Below, piece by piece: positions 57,242 through 64,000 of a stretch of 64,000 nt of DNA. Position 1 is the stretch's first letter. The number at the start of each line of letters is the position of its first letter. The stretch is from Nitrospirota bacterium (GTDB lineage: Bacteria > Nitrospirota > Nitrospiria > 2-01-FULL-66-17). The notes beneath the pieces are model-generated. The model ran no database searches and was not told the origin of the DNA. It was given only the letters and a program-made list of their open reading frames with translations. The position numbers and the translations under genes were made by a program. The DNA lies in assembly GCA_040757335.1 (NCBI GenBank), contig JBFLXB010000003.1:53899-117898 (forward strand), read 5' to 3'.

Positions 57242-57976
57242 TCAGCGGTCGTGGCAGATGAAGCAGAGATCCTGGGCGGGCGCGCGGAGAAACGGCGCGC
57301 TGCCGTTATCGTGGGGGTCGTGGCAGCTGTCGCATTGGACCCGTCCCTCCGAGGTGCGGACGACCTGAACGCCCGGACTCGCGTCGTCCGCCGACACCGC
57401 GGGGACGGCCAGCAAACGCGAGGTGGGACCCGTCGGCAGGACCAGATCGCCGTTGCGAAGGTCGGGAATCGACCAATACCGGTATTGGTTGACCGTGGGG
57501 CGCTCGGGGATGAACTTGCCGTTGGCGCGGCGAGGGTAGACCACGTTGTACGGGTGGTCGAACTTCTGCGCGTCCGGGTCGCCCATTTGGTGAACCTCCT
57601 GGCCCAACACGCCGTCGTGACACCCGAGGCACGCCGTCGAGGACCCGCCGGTGGCCAAGGAGACGGTGTAGGCCGGTGCCCCTCGTTGCCAGAGCGGGGG
57701 TGCGGGAGGGGGCTCCGCGTCGAGAGGCGCACTCAGCGCGGGTGGGACCGCGACCTCCGGAGCTTGCGCTTCGTCCGCTCGCGGCGAGGTCGCGCCCGGA
57801 CCGACGCGCCCGGGTCCTTCCGCGTGGCAGCCGTAGCAGACGCGGCTTCCGATCGGGAACTCGGTCCGTGCAAAGAAGTTGTGCGGGCTGGACAGGACAG
57901 TTTCGTACGGCTCGAGCGCTGCAGCGCCCGTCGGGGCCAACGCGACCAGCGTCGCGAGGAGCAACCACCGGATCAT
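57242..57976 (-). CDS. periplasmic tetraheme cytochrome c
   Basis: Signal peptide [20 protein letters not shown]. Four CxxCH motifs: CYGCH, CLGCH, CDSCH, CFICH. Start overlaps the glmM stop by 4 nt. Confidence 0.75.
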   Translation of the reverse strand: MIRWLLLATLVALAPTGAAALEPYETVLSSPHNFFARTEFPIGSRVCYGCHAEGPGRVGPGATSPRADEAQAPEVAVPPALSAPLDAEPPPAPPLWQRGAPAYTVSLATGGSSTACLGCHDGVLGQEVHQMGDPDAQKFDHPYNVVYPRRANGKFIPERPTVNQYRYWSIPDLRNGDLVLPTGPTSRLLAVPAVSADDASPGVQVVRTSEGRVQCDSCHDPHDNGSAPFLRAPAQDLCFICHDR

Positions 57977-59376
57977 TGGTCCACCGTCGAACCGGCGCCC
58001 ACACGACTTCTCAGCGCCTCGGCCAACTCTTCGGCGACGCGAGAAATCACGTGGAAGTCCTCGCCCTCCACCATCACCCGCAGCAGCGGTTCGGTTCCGG
58101 AATACCGGACGAAGATTCTCCCCTGGGGGCCCAATCGACGCTCCAAGTCGGACACGATTTGGGTGTAACCCTGAATGTCGGCGAGTTCGCGGCGCTCGGC
58201 CACGCGGACGTTGACCAGCACCTGGGGAAAGACCGTCATGCACGCGCTGAGTTCGGACAACCGTTTCCCGGTGCGCTCCATCGTGGCGAGGACTTGGAGC
58301 GCGGTAATGAGTCCGTCGCCGGTGGTGTTGAAATCCAGGAAGATGACGTGTCCAGACTGTTCGCCGCCGAACACGCACCCGTCTTTGAGCATCCGCTCGA
58401 GCACGTACCGATCGCCGACCGCGGTGCGCACGAGCGAGATGCCCGCGTGGCGCAACGCCAGTTCCAACCCGAGGTTGCTCATGACCGTGGCGACGACGGT
58501 GTGTCCCGCCAGTCGCCCCGCACGCTCCATCTCGAGCGCGCACAACGCCAGGATTTGGTCGCCGTGCACGACTTTGCCCTGCTCGTCGCAGAACACCACG
58601 CGGTCCGCGTCGCCGTCGTGGGCGATGCCGATGTCCGCGCGGTGCGCCGCCACCGCTTTCTGCAGGGCTTCGGGGTACAGGGCTCCGCAGTGCTGATTGA
58701 TGTTGGTGCCGTTGGGCCGGTCTCCGATCGTGATCACCTCGGCACCCAACTCGCGCAGCACCGTCGGCGCGACCTTGTACGCGGCGCCGTTCGCGGTGTC
58801 CACGACGATCTTCATGCCGTCGAACTGCATGCCCTTCGGCAACGTGTTCTTGACGAATTCGATGTAGCGGCCGTCGGCGTCGTCCACGCGGAACGCCTTG
58901 CCGATCTCCCGCGCGGTGGGACGTTCGTGGTCGATCGCCCCGGAGAAGATCAACTCTTCGATTTCTTGTTCCACCCCATCGGGCAGCTTGAAGCCGTCGT
59001 GTGAAAAGAACTTGATGCCGTTGTCTTCGAACGGGTTGTGCGAGGCGGAAATTACGACGCCGGCGTCGGCGCGGAGGCTCTTGGTCAGAAAGGCGATGGC
59101 CGGGGTGGGCATCGGCCCCACCAGCAGGACGTCGACGCCCATCGAGCAGATGCCGGCCGTCAGGGCGCTCTCCAGCATATAGCCGGATAGGCGGGTGTCC
59201 TTTCCGATCACGAAGCGGTGGTGTCCGGTCCGGTGCTTCTTGAAGAGATAGGCCGCCGCTCGCCCCAGCTTCATGGCGGTTTCGGCGGTGACCGGCTCGA
59301 CGTTGGCGGTGCCGCGAACGCCGTCGGTTCCGAAGAGTCTGCGCTCGACGCTCAGTCTCGACACGATGTCGGTCAT
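57973..59376 (-). CDS. glmM: phosphoglucosamine mutase
   Basis: GTDGVRG is the conserved N-terminal motif. The phosphoserine-loop motif is also present. Confidence 0.85.
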   Translation of the reverse strand: MTDIVSRLSVERRLFGTDGVRGTANVEPVTAETAMKLGRAAAYLFKKHRTGHHRFVIGKDTRLSGYMLESALTAGICSMGVDVLLVGPMPTPAIAFLTKSLRADAGVVISASHNPFEDNGIKFFSHDGFKLPDGVEQEIEELIFSGAIDHERPTAREIGKAFRVDDADGRYIEFVKNTLPKGMQFDGMKIVVDTANGAAYKVAPTVLRELGAEVITIGDRPNGTNINQHCGALYPEALQKAVAAHRADIGIAHDGDADRVVFCDEQGKVVHGDQILALCALEMERAGRLAGHTVVATVMSNLGLELALRHAGISLVRTAVGDRYVLERMLKDGCVFGGEQSGHVIFLDFNTTGDGLITALQVLATMERTGKRLSELSACMTVFPQVLVNVRVAERRELADIQGYTQIVSDLERRLGPQGRIFVRYSGTEPLLRVMVEGEDFHVISRVAEELAEALRSRVGAGSTVDQ

Positions 59377-59430
59377 CTTAGCAGGCAGGTGCCACCTTTT
59401 CAACCAACGCGCTGCGCGGTGCGAAGCGGG

Positions 59431-60363
59431 TCAGGGCGTCTCGCAGCATCCGGTCCCCAGCAGCCCCACCCCGGCCAGCGTCAGCCCCACTCCGAGCCAT
59501 TCCCTCCCGGCGAGGCGCTCCTGGAGGCGATGTCGCGCGATCAGGATCGTAACCAAGGGATAGGCCGAGGCGATCGGGGCCGCCACCGCGGCCGGAGCGT
59601 CGCGAAGGGCGACGCCGTACGCGAAAAATGCCGTCAGGTCGAGCAACGCGGCCGCGACCACCACGCCCCAGAGTCCGTTGCGAGGCTCTGCGCGAGGTGC
59701 TGCGACGCTGGCGGACGAGGCCGGTTCGCGAGGCGTGCCGCTGGATCGGGATCGCCCGATCAGCCACCAGGTGCTGATGATCGCCAAAACCTCGAGACGC
59801 AGGGTGGCGACGGGAACGAACGCTCCCGCGCTCCGCACCGCGGGCAACAGCAATGCCGTCCCGGATCCCCACGCCAGCAGGGTGACCACCCCCGCGCGGA
59901 TCCCCTGCCGACGTCCTATCGGGGCCAGGGCGCCGATCGCGCCGGGGTCGGCTGAGAGGACGCAGATTCCGATCAAGGTCAGGCCGATGCCCCCGAGCCG
60001 GGCTCCGGACGCGGCTTCGCCGAAAAAACCGATCCCGGCCAGCACCGGCACGGCCGCGCCCGCGCTGCTGATGGGGCTGACCAGCGAAATCGCGCCGACG
60101 CGAAGACCGTAGAAGAACGCCAGATACCCGACCACGAAGCAGCCAGCGGCGGGCGTGATCCACACGAGATCGCGCGTGTCGGGGAGGGGCGCACGGAGGA
60201 TGGCCCACAACGACAACAGGACGGGCACACCGACCAGTTGGATGCGGAGCAGCGCACCAATTTCCCCCACCCGGCGCGTGACGCGCGCGGCGAGATAGTC
60301 CGCCACGCCCCATGCGAGACAGGTGACGACCGCACAGGCGATTCCGAGCGCCGGGGCGGTCAC
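59431..60363 (-). CDS. EamA/DMT-superfamily transporter
   Basis: 10 TM segments with two EamA repeats. Confidence 0.7.
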   Translation of the reverse strand: MTAPALGIACAVVTCLAWGVADYLAARVTRRVGEIGALLRIQLVGVPVLLSLWAILRAPLPDTRDLVWITPAAGCFVVGYLAFFYGLRVGAISLVSPISSAGAAVPVLAGIGFFGEAASGARLGGIGLTLIGICVLSADPGAIGALAPIGRRQGIRAGVVTLLAWGSGTALLLPAVRSAGAFVPVATLRLEVLAIISTWWLIGRSRSSGTPREPASSASVAAPRAEPRNGLWGVVVAAALLDLTAFFAYGVALRDAPAAVAAPIASAYPLVTILIARHRLQERLAGREWLGVGLTLAGVGLLGTGCCETP

Positions 60364-60382
60364 GGCGGGAATCGTCTGGCGA

Positions 60383-61114
60383 TTATCGTCGGATCCCGCA
60401 CGCCCGCGCGACGCCGTCTCGGTATGCGAGCCACAGATCGAGCGAACGCTCCATGGCGTGTACGACGCGCTCCTGGGCTTCAGGAGCGGTTGCGTAGTCC
60501 ATCACCATCTTCCAGGCGTCCCGGCGGTGGAGCCCTTCGACGGCTCCGTGCGCGCGGGCCAGCTCCAAGTACCGCGGAGCCACGTGATGGTACTTCACCA
60601 GCGGGTGTTCGGCGATCTTTCGCTCGATATCGGGTTCCTCCCGGACCGTGCCGTTCAACACCGCACGCTCGTGGACGCTCCCCTCGACAAAGATCGTGGC
60701 GACCGCCGCGCCCTCGATCCACGAGGCCGTGGTGGTGACTTGGTCAAGCCATCGCCGATAGGCCGCGCTTTCGGGCAGCAATTCAACGGTGTCGAAGTCC
60801 TGGGGGGAAAACCCGAGGCCTTCCATCAGATACAGGAAGAGGTCGGGGTGGGCGCGCCCGCGGGTCAGCCCGCCGGTTTCTTCCTCGTACAGGTTCTCGG
60901 CGAGCGCCCGCCGAACCGGAGTGGGCGGGTTCTTGCCGTGCACGCGGGCCAGAAAAACGGGGAAATCGCGGACGTAGACCGCGTACTCCTGTTGGAAGTG
61001 GGTCTTGAGTTGATCGACGGTGACCGCGCCGGTCGCGAACGCGTTCCACGCCCAGTGGTCCTTGTGATCCATCACGTTCAACAACCGCTCTCGAAACGCA
61101 TCGTGCGTCGTCAT
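60383..61114 (-). CDS. heme-oxygenase-like fold protein (TenA/PqqC family)
   Basis: ERLLNVMDHKDHWAWNAF...QQEYAVYVRDFPVFL is the typical TenA/PqqC helical core. Start at MTTHD. Confidence 0.5.
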   Translation of the reverse strand: MTTHDAFRERLLNVMDHKDHWAWNAFATGAVTVDQLKTHFQQEYAVYVRDFPVFLARVHGKNPPTPVRRALAENLYEEETGGLTRGRAHPDLFLYLMEGLGFSPQDFDTVELLPESAAYRRWLDQVTTTASWIEGAAVATIFVEGSVHERAVLNGTVREEPDIERKIAEHPLVKYHHVAPRYLELARAHGAVEGLHRRDAWKMVMDYATAPEAQERVVHAMERSLDLWLAYRDGVARACGIRR

Positions 61115-61236
61115 ACCGGTCCTCCGTGCCCTTCGATGTGCGGACGTCATTGTAACACAGCGCTGTGAGAAGCCGTGCGCGCCGACCATCACGATGTCCA
61201 GTCGGTCGCCTGGAAATGACCGGCGCGGGATCTGTG

Positions 61237-61266
61237 TTGACAAACGTTTTCCGCGCGGCATACAAT
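61237..61266 (+). promoter_or_regulatory. sigma70 promoter (TTGACA-N18-TACAAT) immediately upstream of the DsrE-like gene. Implies a leaderless or very short-leader transcript
   Basis: -10 hexamer ends 5 nt before the ATG at 61272. Confidence 0.35.
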
Positions 61267-61271
61267 TCGCC

Positions 61272-61610
61272 ATGAAAATCGGTATCTTGCTGACCACCGG
61301 CAGCGATCATGAGAACGGATACCTCGTGGGGAAATTGTCGGAGGCGTGGCTGAAACAGGGCCACGAAGTCGACCTGTTTCTGATGGGGGAGGGCGTGTAT
61401 CACGCGCAGGCCATCGCGTCTCCCAAGCGACCCTACGCGGCGATGCCGGCGTTGCTGGCCCTGGGTGCCAAGGTTGCCGTGTGTGGCGTGACCGCGGAGG
61501 CGCGGGGCGTGTCCGAAACCGACCTATATCCCGGGATTGAAATCGCAAGTCAGTACGAGCTGTCCCGCATCGTGGACCGAGCCGATCGGTTCCTCACCTT
61601 CGGCGACTGA
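61272..61610 (+). CDS. DsrE/TusD-like sulfur-relay protein
   Basis: MKIGILLTTGSDHENG...VAVCGVTAE. DsrE/DsrF-like family with a conserved Cys. Confidence 0.6.
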   Translation: MKIGILLTTGSDHENGYLVGKLSEAWLKQGHEVDLFLMGEGVYHAQAIASPKRPYAAMPALLALGAKVAVCGVTAEARGVSETDLYPGIEIASQYELSRIVDRADRFLTFGD

Positions 61611-61616
61611 TCGACG

Positions 61617-61961
61617 GTGAAAGGCGTGGTGGTGGCCGTCCGGAGCAGCCCCCTGACCACGGGGCGGGTTCATGAAGCGCTGCGGATGGCACTCGGAATG
61701 ACGCTCTCGAATCACCGCGTCACGGTGGTATACACGGGCGACGGTGCGTCTGCCGCGCTGACGCTGAACGGCGAAATCCTGCATCGCCCGGGGCTCGCCG
61801 AGTCGCTGGAGCTGCTGGACGCGTGCCAGATTCGAGAGGTGGTCGAGCGGGAGGCGTTGGCGCCCGGCAACCGATCCGCCCTGCGAAAACGCGTGGAACT
61901 TTTGGATCGCGACGCCGTAGTCGGGCTGCTCGCGGCGTCGGATGTGGTGATTGCATGGTAG
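61617..61961 (+). CDS. DsrF/TusC-like protein
   Basis: VVVAVRSSPLTTGRVHEALRMALGMT is DsrE/F fold. Confidence 0.5.
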   Translation: MKGVVVAVRSSPLTTGRVHEALRMALGMTLSNHRVTVVYTGDGASAALTLNGEILHRPGLAESLELLDACQIREVVEREALAPGNRSALRKRVELLDRDAVVGLLAASDVVIAW

Positions 61962-62218
61962 CCGGCCGTGCGCTCCATATCGTCCGACGGCGAGCGGACG
62001 GTCTGGCCATGTCCGTGATCGCCGCCCAGAGCGGCGTGCGACCGGTTGAGGTGGTATTGGTCCAGGACGGGGTCTTCGCCGACATTCCCCCGCCACTCGC
62101 GGTCTGCGTCAATGACGAGGACGTGGTCGCGCGCGGTATCGACACGCGGTATCGGCGGGTGGGATACGACGAGATCGCAGAAATGGTCTGTGACGCCGTC
62201 TGCGTCACGGTGTGGTGA
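61955..62218 (+). CDS. DsrH/TusB-like small protein
   Basis: 88 aa. Third gene of a DsrEFH-like triplet. ATG overlaps the preceding stop. Confidence 0.4.
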   Translation: MVAGRALHIVRRRADGLAMSVIAAQSGVRPVEVVLVQDGVFADIPPPLAVCVNDEDVVARGIDTRYRRVGYDEIAEMVCDAVCVTVW

Positions 62219-62242
62219 CGCGGGACGAACCGCAGAGAAAGG

Positions 62243-62500
62243 GTGGAGCACACGACGATGGGTGCAGCGTACACGATCGATCACGTGTTGGACTGCAAAG
62301 GACTGAACTGTCCGTTGCCGGTGATCAAGACCAAAAAAGCCATTGAAAAGATGACGGTCGGCCAAATTCTGCAGATGGTGGCGACCGATCCGGGGTCCAA
62401 ACCTGATATGGCGGCGTGGTCAAAGAGCACGGGTCACGAATTGCTCGAAACACGGGAAGAAGCGGGTTTGTACACGTTCTTCATCCGGAAGACGAAGTAA
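62243..62500 (+). CDS. tusA: TusA-family sulfurtransferase
   Basis: LDCKGLNCPLPVIKTKKAI contains the CPxP motif. Confidence 0.7.
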   Translation: MEHTTMGAAYTIDHVLDCKGLNCPLPVIKTKKAIEKMTVGQILQMVATDPGSKPDMAAWSKSTGHELLETREEAGLYTFFIRKTK

Positions 62501-62535
62501 CGACCGTGCGGCCGCGATCAATCATGAGGTGAGCG

Positions 62536-63135
62536 ATGGGGACGACGTCACAAGATCTCGATCAATTGGTGGCGGCCAAAGTCAAGGAGCTGGCCGAACA
62601 CCGACTTGAAGAACTTGTCCGCGAACAGGTCAAAGTTGCGCTCGACGCGGAAGCCCGTAAGGCATCTCGGCCCAAGCGGATCGCCATCGTCTCCTCCAAA
62701 GGGACACTCGACGCCGCCTACCCGCCGCTGATTCTGGCCACCACGGCGGCCGCACTGGACATGGAGGCGGGGGTCTTTTTCACCTTTTTCGGGCTCCACA
62801 TCCTGAAAAAGGAAGGCATCGAGAAGCTCAAATTCGTTCCGCTGGCCAACCCGGCGATGCCCATGCCGATGCCCAACCTGGTGGGGGCGCTTCCGGGTAT
62901 GACCGGGCTCGCCACGTTCATGATGAAACAGACCATCAAACACAAGCACATCGCGTCGATCCCCGAGCTCATGGATCTCGCCAAGGAGAGCGGAGTCAAG
63001 CTCTGGCCGTGTCAGATGACCATGGACATGATGGACATCAAGCGGGAGGATCTGATCGAAGGCCTCGAAGACCCGGTCGGGGCGGCGACGTTTTTGGAGT
63101 TCGCTTCACACAGCGACATCACGCTGTTTGTGTGA
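62536..63135 (+). CDS. DsrE2-like (DsrE/DsrF family, 'peroxiredoxin family protein'-type) sulfur carrier with an N-terminal helical extension
   Basis: RIAIVSSKGTLDAAYPPLILATTAAALDMEAGVFFTFFGL...LWPCQMTM. Confidence 0.5.
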   Translation: MGTTSQDLDQLVAAKVKELAEHRLEELVREQVKVALDAEARKASRPKRIAIVSSKGTLDAAYPPLILATTAAALDMEAGVFFTFFGLHILKKEGIEKLKFVPLANPAMPMPMPNLVGALPGMTGLATFMMKQTIKHKHIASIPELMDLAKESGVKLWPCQMTMDMMDIKREDLIEGLEDPVGAATFLEFASHSDITLFV

Positions 63136-63154
63136 CGACCAGTAACGACGCGAC

Positions 63155-63179
63155 AAGGGCACCCGTAGGGGGTGCCCTT
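63155..63179 (+). terminator. GC-rich hairpin (10-bp stem, aagggcaccc-gtagg-gggtgccctt) after the DsrE2-like gene
   Basis: Perfect 10-bp stem with no U-tract. High-GC genomes often lack one. Confidence 0.35.
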
Positions 63180-63233
63180 CGCGTATCGGAGATCCGCGTG
63201 GGCGCGGATGGCGACGGACAAGGAGGAGGACTG

Positions 63234-63416
63234 ATGTCGGATATTTTGGTGGTATCGTCGAAGATCAAGAAGTTCGTTCGGGAGAAAGCCGGGTTCAATA
63301 CCTCGGCGGAGACGCTGGAGGCGCTCAGTCAGCGGGTTGAGAAGATCTGTGCCGACGCGATCGAGCGCGCGCGGGCCGACGGACGCAAGACCGTCAAAGC
63401 GCGTGATATCGTCTGA
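63234..63416 (+). CDS. bacterial histone-fold protein (DUF1931 / HBb-like singlet histone)
   Basis: 61 aa. MSDILVVSSKIKKFVREKAGFNTSAETLEALSQRVEKICADAIERARADGRKTVKARDIV closely resembles bacterial histone singlets. AGGAGGAGGA Shine-Dalgarno 5 nt upstream. Confidence 0.6.
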   Translation: MSDILVVSSKIKKFVREKAGFNTSAETLEALSQRVEKICADAIERARADGRKTVKARDIV

Positions 63417-63467
63417 GCGCCGGCGGAGCCAGAGGCTGTGGATGGTGCCGGCGGGGCGAAATACCGT

Positions 63468-63496
63468 TTGACACGTTTGGGCAGGCCCCGTATAAT
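63468..63496 (+). promoter_or_regulatory. consensus sigma70 promoter (TTGACA-N17-TATAAT) for rho, followed by a ~220-nt leader
   Basis: Exact consensus hexamers with 17-nt spacing. Confidence 0.55.
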
Positions 63497-63721
63497 ATGA
63501 GCCGGTTTCCGTATCTTCCAAGCGCTGATCCCCAGACATATTCGCGGTGGTAGGGACATCCAACCCCCAAGTACGATTTGAACACCAACGGGCTTCGCAG
63601 TAGGACACACTAACCGAACGGACCACACTGTCCAACGCACGGGGATAAGCGCATTTGCGCGACACTGGCGAACGGTGGGATCGCGCGCGTGGGGCGTGAT
63701 CTCAAGCCGGTAGGAGGACCC

Positions 63722-64000
63722 ATGAATCTGAGCGAACTTAAAGAGAAGACGATCGCGGACCTGAACGAAGTTGCCAGGGACCTGAAAATCGAAGGGGCCA
63801 GCAACCTGCGAAAGCAGGAACTGATCTTTGCGATCCTACAGGCGCAGGCCGAGAAGAACGGGACGATCTACGGCGAGGGAGTTCTCGAGACGCTGCAAGA
63901 CGGTTTTGGGTTCCTGCGTTCGCCGGACTACAACTACCTCCCCGGTCCGGACGACATCTACATTTCCCCGTCACAGATCCGTCGGTTCAATCTGCGGACC
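63722..64000 (+). CDS. rho: transcription termination factor Rho, N-terminal part (continues beyond the window)
   Basis: [39 protein letters not shown]...[33 protein letters not shown]. Confidence 0.9.
   Translation, partial: MNLSELKEKTIADLNEVARDLKIEGASNLRKQELIFAILQAQAEKNGTIYGEGVLETLQDGFGFLRSPDYNYLPGPDDIYISPSQIRRFNLRT

Noticed and set aside
63417-63467. Possible terminator hairpin (gcgccggcgg...tgccggcggg) after the histone gene
   Set aside because: Only a 7-bp stem with a ~20-nt loop and no U-tract. Too weak to call.
1-64000. CRISPR arrays, tRNA or rRNA genes
   Set aside because: Apart from the repeats reported, I saw no regularly spaced short direct repeats, cloverleaf-like conserved tRNA motifs or rRNA-like stretches on reading the intergenic regions. 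A covariance-model scan was not run, so a missed small RNA remains possible.

Overview
High-GC (about 65%) bacterial chromosomal window, densely coding on both strands. Taxon not determined; the gene content (2M-type complex I, Dsr/Tus sulfur carriers, multiheme cytochrome c) fits Nitrospirota- or Rokubacteria-like lineages.

Recognisable content:
- Two paralogous ZnuABC-type metal ABC uptake systems, one truncated at the window start.
- A stress and resistance patch: ChrA, Dps, a Vgb-like lyase, Tag, and a possible AbiEii-like nucleotidyltransferase.
- An RND efflux pair (periplasmic adaptor plus permease).
- A conserved isoprenoid/envelope block: uppS-cdsA-dxr-rseP-ispG-proS.
- A HicAB toxin-antitoxin pair next to a WYL-domain regulator.
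- rplI, an FkpA-like PPIase, ExoD, an O-methyltransferase, and a Tat-exported FAD oxidase.
- MarC, KtrAB, and a complex I operon (nuoABCD-G-IJKL-M-M-N) with a duplicated nuoM and no nuoE/F/H.
- An M48 peptidase, ComEC, a tetraheme cytochrome c, glmM, and an EamA transporter.
- A DsrE/F/H-TusA-DsrE2-like sulfur-carrier cluster.
- A 61-aa bacterial histone-fold (DUF1931/HBb-like) protein, followed by rho behind a consensus sigma70 promoter.

The most unusual locus is a co-directional module at about 9.9-13.9 kb. It holds a SPASM radical-SAM enzyme whose C-terminal extension resembles the C-terminal domain of protochlorophyllide reductase subunit B (PCP_red). That gene is translationally coupled to a small HemJ/CopD-like 4-TM protein. 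Upstream sits a large protein made of two UspA domains, a zinc-ribbon and three more PCP_red-like repeats. The module looks tetrapyrrole-linked and I do not recognise it as a described system.

The window also carries at least five copies of a roughly 118-bp interspersed repeat with terminal inverted repeats (MITE/REP-like), always between co-directional genes. A second family of short CCCCCC-loop-GGGGGG hairpins lies inside the nuo operon.

No tRNA, rRNA or CRISPR features were seen.
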